Shown here: positions 15,920 to 30,508 of the stretch, piece after piece | Layout: the number at the start of each line of letters is the position of its first letter | Numbering within the stretch: the stretch's first letter is position 1 | NCBI RefSeq assembly: GCF_009914755.1 | Contig: NC_060933.1 | Direction: 5' to 3' (one strand) | Source of the DNA: the human T2T-CHM13v2.0 reference genome, Homo sapiens | DNA: 64,000 nucleotides | Program-made: the position numbers and the translations under genes | Notes under the pieces: generated by a model | What the model was told of the DNA's origin: nothing | Databases searched by the model: none | Seen by the model: the letters and a program-made list of their open reading frames with translations, nothing else

Positions 15920-17221
15920 GTAAGTGCATTTGACTCCATCCTCATGGTCATACATGTGTGTAGGTGGAAATAGCCCGAGACAGGGCCCAGGGCCTTGGCG
16001 GAGTTGTACATGTAGTTCCCTGAACCTCGTCTTTTCCAGATACAGATATTTATTGGCCCATAAATATCTACACAATAAATAGTATCCAAAGCAAAGTTTT
16101 TAAAATCGAATGCACACTGCATAATAGTCTCTCTTGAGAATTAACACAGAAAATAAGTAGAGGAAAGCAAAGGAAGCTGGATTTCTGGGAAAGCCTACAT
16201 TCTTGTGTCAGACTTTGGAAGAAAAATAAAGTGTTACCACAGACTTTGTTCTCCGTGAAACCCCTGAGCAGCAGGATTGAGTTCTGACGTGAATGCTGGG
16301 AGGTGTTTCTCAGTGAGGGCACAGGGCACTGGCTGATAAAACCTGGGGCCACTGGCCTGTTTCGCAATTCTGGTTGAGTTGTTAATATTTACATATGTGG
16401 TTTCCCTACTATAAGGTCTCTTTAGTTTCCAAGTTTTTAGTCATCCCCAAAGCTCCTCTTATATCCATCCACAGACCAGACAGTGTCAGCAGTTCCTTTC
16501 TATGAAGCAGACACGGGCATTAGGAAAGCCTTCTTTGCCTGAGTCCGTGTATTGCCACCTAAGCTTTCCTTGTCTGGTCTGGAGCAAACCAGTCTTCTGT
16601 AGACAAGTTACCAGCTTGTCTGTGGCTTTTTGTCCCCTCATGTCCCCACCCCCACTGCTCATGTTTTTGCTACTTCTGTGATACTTCCTAAGACAGAGCA
16701 CCCAGTGTTCCAGTAGCAGTCTCTGTATCTGCCAAAGTCCAGCAGATCCTCCACTTCAAGATATATCTGAACACTCGATTTTTACTTCTTGGCTGACCGT
16801 TCCTTGCCAGCCAGCACACAGCTGATATAGTTTCAGAAAGGGCTCCTTCAATGATGATTTTCATCCAAATAAAACATAATTAGAAAGATGATTTTCCCTC
16901 TAAAAAAAAATTAAAAACTCATTTTGTAATATATTCCTAAATGGTTTTACATTTATCTCTTTAAAAAAAAAGTAAGCAAATCTCTTTCTTCATTTCCTTG
17001 CCTAGCTTTGAGTTTACTGCATATATCTAAATGACCGTTGGCCAGGGAGCCTTTAGATTTCTGTTTGGCAGCAGAAACAGCAGATAGCGCCAACATGAAG
17101 GGAGCGTGGTCAGGTGGTGGCAGGAAATGCAGACTGAAGAAAATCAGGCTCTTTTCTGAAGTGTGCCTGGCACCTAGAGCAGGCAGCCTCCCACACTGCA
17201 TCTGTGTTTACCATTTCACAG

Positions 17222-17357
17222 GATTGTTAGCAAAGAAAGCTGTGGATGCTGGCCTGAACGTGATGCCTTACATCAAAACTAGCCTGTCTCCTGGGAGTGG
17301 CGTGGTCACCTACTACCTACAAGAAAGCGGAGTCATGCCTTATCTGTCTCAGCTTGG
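17222..17357 (+). CDS. ACO1: ACO1 exon 12
   Basis: tcacag|GA...CTTGG|gtgagg; (G)[44 protein letters not shown]; 136 bp. Confidence 0.98.
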
Positions 17358-17913
17358 GTGAGGGAGAGTTTTCTTTTGCACCATTGCTTTTGTTGAATTG
17401 TATCCCTCATGTATCTTGCTGTGTCACCTTGTAACAGATGTGAGATTATCTGATGATATCTAATTGCATAGTCGTTTATCAGTTGGTAGTTAGACTTAAA
17501 CCCTTACATTCCATGTAAAGAGGGCCCTCTTGCCCTCTAGGGCACCTACCATGAATGGAGTTTGCAGGACTGGAAGTTGCTTTGGTTGAGTCAGTGAATG
17601 AGTGGAGAGTGAATGTGAAGGCCTAGGACATTACCACACACTACTGTTGACTTTATAAACACTGGACACTTAGGCCACACTAACTTAATAAAAAAAAGTT
17701 TCTTTCTTCAATAATGTAAACCGTAGCTTACTTTTATTTTACAAACTTTTAAGTTTATTGAAACTCTTGACTCTTAAAACACTTAGCTTAAAACAAACAT
17801 ATTGTATAGCTGTTCCAAAATATTTTCTTTATATCTTTATTTCATAAGTTTTTTCCTATTTTTGAAGTTTTTATTTTTTTACTTTTTAAACTTTTTTGTT
17901 AAAAACCAAGACA

Positions 17914-18221
<308 letters not shown>

Positions 18222-18285
18222 CTAAGAGATAAACACACACTTTAGGCCTACACCGGGTCAGGATTGTCAGTATTACTGTCTTCTA

Positions 18286-18913
<628 letters not shown>

Positions 18914-19250
18914 CTATCACTAACAGAAACATTGTGCAGTGCATGAATGTATTCGTTGCCAAATACGCTTTCTCCAATTTCCATATTATTCCTGACTTAT
19001 GACATATATTTTATTCATGTGCCTCATAAAATTCAAATCTCCTTAGGATTATACAATAATAGTAGTTAATGAAGATATGGCATATATGATTTCAACTTTT
19101 TTAAATTGTTGCTCATTCAATTTGATTCCTTTTTATAAGTTAAAAATATGAATAGTATTCTTATGTTATATATCAGAATGCTCTCAAGAATGAAACTTTT
19201 AGAAATAGCACTATACTGAACTTAGTTCATGCACTGCAATTCCTTTTTGA

Positions 19251-19532
<282 letters not shown>

Positions 19533-19776
19533 TAGAGTATGATCTTTTGAGTTTAGTTAAAATTACTAGCTGGGTAACCTTGGGCAAGTTAATTAACCTA
19601 TCTGTGCCTGGGTTTTCACAACTGTATATTGGAGATGATAATAGTATCTATTTTATAGAGTTGTGAGAATTAAGATGATGATAAACATAAGTCACTTAGT
19701 GCAGTGTCTGGCACTCAAGTGCTCAGTACTGGCTGGTTTTCACTACAAAGGGCTCTACAGTTGTTTGTTATAGGTA

Positions 19777-19852
19777 TTGGGTTAGTGCAAAAGTAACTGT
19801 GATTTTTGCCATTTCAGTGATGAAGACCACAATTACTTTTGCACCAACCCAA
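19777..19852. mobile_element. MADE1 mariner MITE (palindromic)
   Basis: ttgggttagtgcaaaagtaactgtg...cacaattacttttgcaccaacccaa; Hsmar1-type inverted termini, preceded by TA. Confidence 0.88.
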
Positions 19853-20338
19853 ATAATTTGAAAATTGGTTCAAAGTGAGACAAGTCTCCACACAAACGAA
19901 TCTAAACTAAATTGCTTTGGCTTGATTTTTATCCCCAAAATGCTGAACCTTGAAAGATATTATTTGGTTTGCTTTGCATTAATTATAGAATCTACGTATT
20001 CTATAATTGTGCATTGTGACTTCCTTTAACGATCAACTGTTAGGTCTTTCCCACCTGTTCTTGGGCCCCAGGCAGCAATAACTAGTATGTTGCCTTCTAA
20101 CTACCTGATATTTTCTCGTGAGCAGAAATCACTAAACATGTCTCTGCTTCCTTTGACCCAGAGTATCTCCCATGGGGACACCCCAGTGTACCCTTCTCCC
20201 CTCTAGTGGGAGAGAACCAAGTGAAAGGGCAGCTTAAAGGACTGTATCCTTGCGATGTGGAAACTCTTGCCAATGGTCTGAGACAAGAAGCCTAGTCAGT
20301 ATCTTTTAGTGACCTGATTTTTCTCTTGCCTTACTCAG

Positions 20339-20495
20339 GGAGACCTTGTAGCTGTTGGAGTACTATCTGGAAACAGGAATTTTGAAGGTCGAGTTCACCC
20401 CAACACCCGGGCCAACTATTTAGCCTCTCCCCCCTTAGTAATAGCATATGCAATTGCTGGAACCATCAGAATCGACTTTGAGAAAGAGCCATTGG
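20339..20495 (+). CDS. ACO1: ACO1 exon 14
   Basis: actcag|GGA...TTGG|gtaaga; [52 protein letters not shown]; 157 bp. Confidence 0.98.
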
Positions 20496-20987
20496 GTAAG
20501 ATTTTGTTTGTGCAGCCATAATTTTTTTCCAGTGAATTCAGAAATATTACTAGAAGAAACTGCTTTCCTTAATAAGAAATGAAGCATAGAGCCTCCAGGG
20601 ATAAGACAAAGAAGAGAATAATTTCTTTATTCCCCAATATACAGCTAAGACTTAACTGCAGTAGTTAAAACAAGAATCTACTGAGGGTAAAGGATAACGA
20701 AAGGAAAACAGGTGCCAAAAGGAATAGACATCTTGCTATTCTGGTTTCTTCTGTAGTTCCTCCCTTTCTAGCTCTCACTTTAATGATAGGCATTGTTTCA
20801 ATATATACTCTGTAGAAACATACTGCAGATATTTCAACTTCTCAGAATTCCAAAGAAATGATACATCATTTCCTTTCCCCAGATCAGCTTGCTTGCTCTG
20901 CCTGCCTCAATCTATTCTAAGCCGAATAGATAATATGAAAACAATGCCTCTGAAATTTACTTTTAGGAAATCATAACTTTAGACGTA

Positions 20988-21581
20988 CAGTTGATCCTCG
21001 TTATTTGTGAGTTCTATGTTTGCAGATTTGCGTAGTCACTAAAATGTATTTTAACCCCCAAATCAGTATTTGTAGTATGTTCACGGTCATTCACAGATCA
21101 GCACAAAGGGGTGAAAACTTTATATCATTCAACACACACGTTCTATGCTGAGATCTGATAAGGCGTCACTCTGACTTCTTGTTTCAGCTCTCCTGCGATA
21201 TATAAGGATCCTTTTCTTGGTCTACGTAGTGCCATGCTTTTTGCATTTTTGTGCTTTTTGTGGTGATTTTGCTGTTCAAAATGGTCCTTGAGCATAGTCC
21301 TGAAGTGCTTCTGGTGTTCTTGAGCACAAGCCGACTGTGATGCGTACTGTGTTTAGATAGGCTTCGCTGGAAGTTCAATGTCAGTGAGTCAACAATTGCT
21401 ATTAAATAAGGTGAATAATAAACCTCACATGAAGCAAGGTTATGTATTGATGGGTGACCAGAGGCTTGCAGGAACCTAACCCTGTATTTCCTCCAGTGGC
21501 AGTGATTCCGTATCCAGTCATTCAGTGTTCACACGGGCTTTATAGAACATAACTACCGAGGAGAACGAGGCTTGACTCTGT
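20988..21581. mobile_element. MER82-like Tigger-family element
   Basis: ta|cagttgatcctcgttatt...gaacgaggcttgactctg|ta degenerate TIRs with TA flanks. Confidence 0.75.
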
Positions 21582-21639
21582 ATAATCATGAAAATTGCAT
21601 ATTAGAAAGTTTTCTCATTAATAAACATTTTTTCCCCAG

Positions 21640-21764
21640 GAGTAAATGCAAAGGGACAGCAGGTATTTCTGAAAGATATCTGGCCGACTAGAGACGAGAT
21701 CCAGGCAGTGGAGCGTCAGTATGTCATCCCGGGGATGTTTAAGGAAGTCTATCAGAAAATAGAG
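21640..21764 (+). CDS. ACO1: ACO1 exon 15
   Basis: ccccag|GA...GAG|gtgagg; (G)[41 protein letters not shown]; 125 bp. Confidence 0.98.
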
Positions 21765-22657
21765 GTGAGGTCCCACACTGCCCTCCCCGCCCCAGAGGAT
21801 CTAAGGGAAAGCTGCTCCCTTTGTGTCCTGTCTGCAGACCTCAAGGCTAACGGGAGTATAAACTATATAAAGTAACATTTATTTCTTCAGATGACTGGGG
21901 AGGTGGTTCTCCGTCATTTTTCTCCTGTGACTCGCATTTTTACAAACCCCACCTCCCCCAGATGTTCCCAGATTTGGACAAGTTGGTGACAGCCTAGAGA
22001 AGAAAGGCCTCCTCAGGTTCAGCTCTCCAAAACCCCACGCCTTTCTCGGACACCCAGGGGTGTGTGTCAGCTGTGGCGAGGACCCCTGGTGGTCACTATA
22101 TTGTGTCACTAAGTGGAGTCCATTGGTCGAATGCACCTCTCAGAATGCATTTTTGCACACTTAAAAATAAAGAAATTAAGGCCACTCAGTAGGAAGTGCC
22201 AAACTACTGAAATAAAACTTTCCGTGCATTTTACAAATAGGAGGAAATGTGTGGGGCTCAGCATTATATTCTGAGACTCTTGGATATTATTCCTTTCCCC
22301 GCCTTCTGCATTCAGCTGACCCAAGGGCTTCTGACTGCGGCTGATGGTTTAAATGAGGGTAGAACTGTCTAGGGGAAGGGGTGATGTAGGTGTGATGTTC
22401 ACACGCTGCACTCTTCACAAGGTGCTCCTTGGGAGATGGTGTTAGGGAGCTTGGCAGGCATTATGTTAAATGCCTTCCTCCAAAGGCTGAGTTAATGGAC
22501 CTGTGGACAGAATTCAAACCAATTTTAATGCATAGCAGCTGTCATTTGCTACCCAGTGTTTGTGTGACCCGGAAGGCCACTTCCCAAAACACTCAGAGAG
22601 TAAGTTCCCCTTTGGTACAATCTGGATTATTATTTCATAAGTTATTGATAAGCATAT

Positions 22658-23141
22658 GCATTAGTTATCTATTGCTGTGATATAGCAATAGATATAGTGA
22701 GTTGAAACAACAAACATATATTGTCTCCCATTTTCTGTGGGTCAAGAATCCAGGCACAGCTTCACTGTGTACTTTCACAGGGTTCCAGTAAGATGTCATC
22801 TGGGGCTGCAGTCTCTGGAGGAGGGTCCACTTAGGCTCACTCATGTGGCTATTGGCAGGATCAAGTTCCTCAAGGGCTGTTGCACTGAGGTCCTCCGTTT
22901 CTCACTGGCTGTTCGCTAGAAGCCTCCCTCAGCACCTTGCTATGAGGGTCTCTTCATGACTCACACATGGTAGCTGGCTTCCATCAGAGCAAGAGAGCAA
23001 GAGAGTCAGAAGGCAGGTCTCAATAATCTAATCTAGGAGATAGTCACTAGCTTCAGCCCACACTCAACAGGAGGGGGTCAACTAAGGATGTGAATCCCAG
23101 GAGGCAGGATCCCTCCTGCCATCCTAGAAGCTGCCTATCAC
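22658..23141 (-). mobile_element. MLT1 (F-like) MaLR LTR
   Basis: tgcattagttatctattgctg...ttctgtgggtcaagaatccaggcacagc motifs. Confidence 0.7.
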
Positions 23142-23162
23142 GGTGCATATGTATGTTGTTGT

Positions 23163-23457
23163 TTGTTTTTCAGAGACCAGGTCTTGCTTTGTCACCCAGG
23201 CTGGAGTGCAGTAGTGTCATCATAGCTCACTGCCACCTCAAATTCCTGAGCTCAAGCAATCCTCCCATCTCAGCCTCTCGAGTAGCTCGGACTACAGGCA
23301 CATGCCACCACACCCAGACAATTTTTTTTTTATTTTTGTAGAGACATGGTTTTGCCATCTTGCCCAGGCTGGTCTTGAGCTGCTGGGCTCAAGCCATCCT
23401 CCCACCTCAGCCTCCCTAAGTAATGGGATTAATAGATGTGAGCTACCACGCCCAGCC
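23163..23457 (-). mobile_element. AluJ
   Basis: Reverse Alu dimer, diverged. Confidence 0.9.
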
Positions 23458-23648
23458 CACAGTGTCTCTGGATTTTTAAGTTACTTAGCATGACCCACTA
23501 TTAGTATAAAGGAACTCTTGTATGTGGCTATTGAGAATAAAAATGGTTCTTAGTGTACCTTTTAGCTTGAATGTATGTTTTGTGTTTGCATATTAAATTT
23601 TCTCTGGAATGGGATGTGATTAGATCTGCCTTTCTTTTCTTTTTTAAG

Positions 23649-23753
23649 ACTGTGAATGAAAGCTGGAATGCCTTAGCAACCCCATCAGATAAGCTGTTTT
23701 TCTGGAATTCCAAATCTACGTATATCAAATCACCACCATTCTTTGAAAACCTG
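23649..23753 (+). CDS. ACO1: ACO1 exon 16
   Basis: ttttaag|ACT...CTG|gtatgg; [35 protein letters not shown]; 105 bp. Confidence 0.97.
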
Positions 23754-24479
23754 GTATGGCTTTTTATTTTTTAACAAAATGAATTCTTTGAAGGGTTTCT
23801 TTCCTAATAATATCTACTTTATTACCCCATGCTCTTGCTTTGACTACCCATTTTATTAAACCCTTTGCAAACCCAAGCAGATACTGCCGGGGAAAGTTTT
23901 GGGAGGCTGGGATATTTGGCTGCCGTGGGTCTATAGTTTCTCTATGCAGGGGTTCTGCGTGGATGTACACAGCCACCCTAGTAATCACCTGGACTTAAAC
24001 CTAGTAGAGTCTGAGGGACTGTCCCAGGAGACCATCCCCAGAGCCCACCATAGTGAACCTTATACCCATAAAAACCAGGGACATTGTCCCTGAAACTGAT
24101 GATCTAGAAGTTGGTGCTCTCCTGGGTGGGTCACTGTGGGAAGGGATGCAGTAGAAGTGAGGATTCCAGTTGTCCTTAGCATCTGAGGAGTTCTAGGGAT
24201 GTGAAGAGAGAGAATGTCATTTGCAGCTGCGTTACTGTTGCTTTTGAGGGGATATTGCCAGTATTTTACCTTTTCTTCAAGAGTAAGATATGAATGTTTT
24301 GAGTAAATTCACCTTACTTTTCTTGGCCTCTTTGATAAAAACTAGAACACTAGAATTTTCTGTGCATTGGTGTGGAACTGTCCTCTGATTCAGGTCCATG
24401 GGCCACCATCGTAGAGACTGATCTGGTAACTTGTTTGGGAAAACCTGGGCCAATGCTGACTTTTTGTATTCTTTGCTAG

Positions 24480-24622
24480 ACTTTGGATCTTCAGCCCCCT
24501 AAATCTATAGTGGATGCCTATGTGCTGCTAAATTTGGGAGATTCGGTAACAACTGACCACATCTCCCCAGCTGGAAATATTGCAAGAAACAGTCCTGCTG
24601 CTCGCTACTTAACTAACAGAGG
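24480..24622 (+). CDS. ACO1: ACO1 exon 17
   Basis: tgctag|ACT...AGAGG|gtaagt; [47 protein letters not shown]; 143 bp. Confidence 0.98.
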
Positions 24623-26170
24623 GTAAGTATGAATGAGGCAGGAAGGACTAAAGGCAAAAATGGAGGAATGGAGTTAATGAGGCCAGCATTTCTCTTTTCA
24701 CCTGGCCCTTTGGAATGAGACTCTTTGGTTGTGCACTGAGGCTTAACCCTGGGGTAAAAACCAATTGCATTTTCTGTTTGCTGCTTAACAGCTTCCATGG
24801 GAGAAACGATCAACATGTGAATCCTAACAAGGGGAAGGGGAGAGGGACCTTCATTTGAGCAAGTGTATATATTAGGCCCAACTGTCATCCCTGCCCCCGG
24901 CTTGGCTGATCTTTAAAGTACAAGGCTCTGCTCTTAACCTGGGGCAGAGGCAGAACCTGACACGCATTGCCAGGTCCTGGTTGAGAAACCTAACGTTTAC
25001 AGAGCACTGCTTGGAGGATTTGCAGCTTACTCATCTGTTTATCAGTTCTTCAGTAGTGTGCTGATATTCATAGGTATGCCAGTATTATCAACTACTGTCT
25101 CATATATTAATCGAGGTCAGTGGTTCCCCAATCTGAGTTTCCACGAGAATCACGTGAGGACATAAAAATTCCTGGTTTCTATCCCCATCTGCTGAATCAG
25201 TTCTTTCAGTGATTCCCCAGAGCGAATTTGAGGAACAGAATCCAAATGCCTTTTTTCTATTGATTGTTGAGCCCTTTTGAGGCATGAACACGTCAGAGAA
25301 TTGAATGAAAGCAAATCTAATGCCTTCCCAGAAAAATGCACATACCCACAACATTTTGGATAGTTTCAGGGATTCCAAGACATACTCACCTGCTCCTGTA
25401 ACCCATTAAACTCTCTCAGTCCTTAAATTCTATCTAACCATTGATTAAATAATATTAACACACCCACCCCCTAGTATTTTAAGGAACAGCTCAGTGAACT
25501 GGTCACGGTGTTAATTGTAAGGTATGTTTCCTGACACTGCAAAGTTTCCTTTCACTGAGGCCCCACAGACAAGATTTCCTCTGGTTTGGGGACCAGAAGT
25601 AGCTGTTCTGCCTCTTTAGCACTGCCTCGATTTTTCTCTCATGAAAGTTGTAAGTTATGTTGCCAGCTGTGTGTCTTTCCTTTGCATTGAGTTCCTGATA
25701 ATTCAGGGACAAATTTGAAACTATTTCTGGTTACTTTGTGGAACGTATTTTGTGTTTCCCCCTGTTTGTGGCTCCATCTGATTTGCCTACCCTAATTCTT
25801 CCCTTTGCTTCCATTTTCTCACTTATTTTTAATTTAGCTCTTTATCTTATATGAAGCTTTATAGGCTACCCTACTAACAAATAAAACATTCTTTTTTAGA
25901 TTTCCTTCTTATTTTTCTAACCAGATTTGAAAGACAGTTAACCCAGGAGAATACTGACTTATGCCTCTCACCACCCCTTCTCACCTCTCTCTCTTCTCCG
26001 TTGAAGCTTTGGGGACAGCTTTTCTGCCATGGAGAACAATGCTTAGGAGACTTAGAGAAATAGCCAGGTCTATGTTTTGTTTTGTTTTGTTTTTTTCTTT
26101 TCTTGGTGTAAGCTAAGGTTAATCTTTGCTTGCTTCACTAAGCCAGCTCCTTTCTTGCTTGCCTTCTTAG

Positions 26171-26318
26171 CCTAACTCCACGAGAATTCAACTCCTATGG
26201 CTCCCGCCGAGGTAATGACGCCGTCATGGCACGGGGAACATTTGCCAACATTCGCTTGTTAAACAGATTTTTGAACAAGCAGGCACCACAGACTATCCAT
26301 CTGCCTTCTGGGGAAATC
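26171..26318 (+). CDS. ACO1: ACO1 exon 18 (includes Ser711)
   Basis: tcttag|C...ATC|gtgagt; (G)[49 protein letters not shown]; 148 bp. Confidence 0.98.
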
Positions 26319-27559
26319 GTGAGTATTGTCTTCTGCTTCCTGCAGACACTAGCATTTGTCAGCCTTGGTGGAGGTTGGATATTTACAGTTACTCGCCTTT
26401 TGGTTTTAGTTTTTCTTCACAGCTCCATCCTACCCTAACTACAGTCCTCCTTGCCAGGTGTCCATATGCATAGAATGTATCATTGACAAATTCAAACCTT
26501 TTCTTCTTGCTTAGAGATTCTAGACCGTGGTTTCACTGAGTCTCTTTTCTTAGGAATTGAGCTTTGAGTGACATTTCATTTAAAGTATTCGAAGGGGAAA
26601 TACCACGTTAAATTAAAGGATATTTATCAAGAAGTGCTATTGTATGACTTTATTGGCATGTAATTTAATTCATCTAATCCACATGAAAAGAAGGAGTAGA
26701 GAGGTGCTTGGAGGCATGTTTTGGTTCTAATGGGAGCACTGTGGTCAGTATGTTGCAGCAGGGACTGTTTGTTCCCAGCTCCACGTTATACTAGCTGTGG
26801 AGCCTTAAAGTTATTTCCATCTCTGAGCCTTGCTTTTCTCACCTGTGAAGTAAAAATACTACTTACCTTGGAAGAACGCTCTGAGGCTTAAAATGAAATG
26901 GAATGAAATATAAAACCTAGCATAGAGTCTGGTACATGTCATAGGTCCTTAGTGTCACTTCCCTTCCCAGTGAGTGCTGTGAAATTGCCTGTAAACTGTT
27001 TAACTTACTTGAGAAATAACCCTGCCGACTTATTTTAAAATAATAATCGCTAATATGTCTATGGCACTTAACTACATTCCAGGTGTTCTCCTAAGCTCTT
27101 GGCATATATTGATTTATGTAATGCTCATAACAACCCCTTGAGGTAGGTACCATGATTATCTGTGCTTTAAACTGAGAAGTGAAGCATAAAGAGGTCATAT
27201 TACTCCTTTAGGTCACACAGTGGAAAAGCTGAAATTAAAACCCAGAAAGTCTGGCTCTGAAGTCAGTGCCCTTTACCACCACACATACTGCCTCACTCGT
27301 AACTGATTATATTTTTGTAACACAAACTCGTTCTTTAGAAATAACCAGTACCTAGCCCAGCAGACGCCTGTTCAATGGATAGCAGAGGTTACAGAATATT
27401 AAATGTAAAAAGATACATGTCGAATGATGGAATACCTTAGAGACCAAGGGGAAAGACTTGTAGTTATAGACATTGGGGGACCCCTAATAAACATCACAGT
27501 GTACCACACGCATTTACAAGCCCTGCATGACATAGAACTTCTAGTCAGATGTCTAGAAC

Positions 27560-28950
27560 CTCATCTTAAATGAGACAGAATCAAGGATGAACAGACATTT
27601 GAGTCAAGACTTGAACAGGGTGATGGGGAGTGCAAAAAGTAAAAGAAAAAAATTATATACTTAGAGAAGAGTTCATTTTCTGTTGCTATGAAATAACAAT
27701 CAGAAGACAAGAAAGAATGTTTTAAATTTAAAAAGAAAATTCAAAGGAGAAGGTGATTAGTTGAGAACATTTCCTAGAATATGTAACAGAAAGATAAGAG
27801 AAAAAAATGTAAGAACTGAACTCAGGAGGCCCTAACAACCTGCCTAAATAGAAGTGTTAAAAAGAGAACAGAAAAAATGCAAGAGAGGAAATTATTTCAA
27901 AACAAAACAAAAAACTACAAGCAAAATTTCTCTGAGAATCCAGATTGAAAAGGCCCACTGAAGGCCCATCTAAATAATTTTAAAACACTCCAAGTTATAT
28001 CACTGTGAAATTAAGAGCAACAAAAGGAGAAATCTCAACATTTCCAGAGAAAAACAGCTCACATGAAACAACAGGAAATAAGACATGTTCCAGACTTCTT
28101 GATGCTAGAAACTTAGACTGAGGAAAATGATTTGCATCCTAAAATCTACACCCATCAGACCATCAGTCAAGTGCACTTAAAGTAATGACACATTCAGATA
28201 TTCAAAAGCTTAAAAAAGCCCTCAATACCTTCCTTAGGAAGCTACTTGGCAATGTGTTCCACCAAAATGAGGGAGTAAATCAAAAGGGAAGACATAGGAT
28301 CCAGATGAAGGGAATCCCCAGGATGCTAGTGAAGGAAGAGTCCTCTGTAACAGGAATGCACCAAGCCCAGAGAGCAAGCAGTCAGCCCAAGTTGGAACGG
28401 GACTGAGAGCTCCAGGAATGATAGCTCCATGACAGAGATTTTAAAATGGTAAATTGCCTGATGTGTCTGAATATCTTTAAAGGTGATTTGTACTGTAGGG
28501 TTTAATTAATGGGTAAGGACATAGAAACAGGAAAAACATAGAAAAAATGAAAATTAGTAATTTTCAAAAAAATTCATTCAAAACAAATGAAAATTACTGA
28601 CTCCAGTGAAACATGTCTTAAATCACCAAGAAAAGGAAATCACAGCACATTACCTGGCTCAGCTGTAAATAGTATTTATGTAGTCATAATCATGCAAACA
28701 CCAAATGCTGACTTACCAAAATAACTATATTGGGAGGTTGGGAAGAAGGGAGATGTGTGGAAGAGGAGAGATTGTTAAGAGAAGTAAATCCTCAAAGTAG
28801 AATATTGACAGATAATTTTAAAAAGTGGAGAAATCAAGAACTAGTAGTTTAAACATAATACCTAGAGATACACAGGCACAGTAACAGAAGAAATAGCTAA
28901 ATGCTATGTTCTCTTTAGAAGAGCGTAAGAGTGCAGGGAGCTGTTGCTTT
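27560..28950 (+). mobile_element. Old L1M fragment (ORF1-region-like, degenerate)
   Basis: A-rich; cagattgaaaaggcccactga and related L1M ORF1-type motifs; no long ORF. Confidence 0.55.
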
Positions 28951-29904
28951 CTAAGCTGTCAGTGGCTCTCAGCATGGCGTGTTTAATAGAAAAGTCAGGA
29001 GACGTGAGTTCTAGACCTGCTTAGTCCCTCTGATCTTGGGTAACATGACGTGCTTTGCCATGAGATTGTCAACTTTGCAGTACTTTTTAAAGCACACACT
29101 CTCACATTGTTAATACCCAAAGCTACAGTCTCTGAAAATATCAGATAAGTTGTTTCTTTCTGGTCTTTGAAAGGATCCAGACAATTCAGTTAGAAGAAGG
29201 TTTTCACTGTTTCTATGACAGTTTCTATATTTACGAGTTCTGTCTAGCTGAAGACATACAGAATCCTATCCGGGTTTAGGTAATGCATGCGAAATTAACC
29301 ACAGGTTCCATCAGTACACCAAAATACAAATTTGTGAAAGTCTGTTTGAGAGTTTTCTTTAGCTCCTGTCTCTCTTTTGAGGAATTTTATCTTCTGACTT
29401 ACATAGCCTGGAAAAATAATGGTACTGCTCAACCACCAGAGATGATATCATGTCTTTGTAAAGTCTCAGTTCAGTGAGATATTCAGATTCCCTGTGAGAA
29501 ACAAATCTGTTTGTATAAGATGTTTCTCATGTACTAAAATATTAATCTTTTTCTACCTTTTATTGGGCTTCCATTTGCATTTCTAGCATCTCTTCCCTTG
29601 ACCTCCATGAAGAAAGGGGACTGATAAAAGTTTGCACTTTATATAATTTCAGAACATGTTACCTTCTTTGTGTTTTGCTAATTTTACAACTGACATCACC
29701 GAGTTTCTGATATTGAGCCAAAATGTTTAGGTCACATTCTGTTTTTTGAGTTTTAAAATAATTTAGTCAATGGAAAAGAAAAAATCTGATCTAGTTTCCT
29801 TTTCTCCCCTGATGCCTTAGGATTCTAATGTTTTTATAAAACCAACAACAATTAGGCATTTCTGTCAAAAGAATATAAAATGGTTTTTAAGAATACAAAA
29901 TTTA

Positions 29905-30202
<298 letters not shown>

Positions 30203-30385
30203 GAATACAAAATTTAATTTGGTAGAAGTAAAAAGATCAAGATAATTGGGAATTTGTAGACAAGATGATTGGACGGATTTGGCCATCTGCAAACCCATCC
30301 AGCCCCGCCCTCACCAGGGCTCAGGGGACCTGTGTCCATTCTTTGCCTCTCCTGCATCTGTAAAACTTCCTTTTCTCTTCCTCAG

Positions 30386-30508
30386 CTTGATGTGTTTGAT
30401 GCTGCTGAGCGGTACCAGCAGGCAGGCCTTCCCCTGATCGTTCTGGCTGGCAAAGAGTACGGTGCAGGCAGCTCCCGAGACTGGGCAGCTAAGGGCCCTT
30501 TCCTGCTG
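30386..30508 (+). CDS. ACO1: ACO1 exon 19 (catalytic Ser778/Arg780 region)
   Basis: cctcag|CTT...CTG|gtgagt; [41 protein letters not shown]; 123 bp. Confidence 0.98.
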
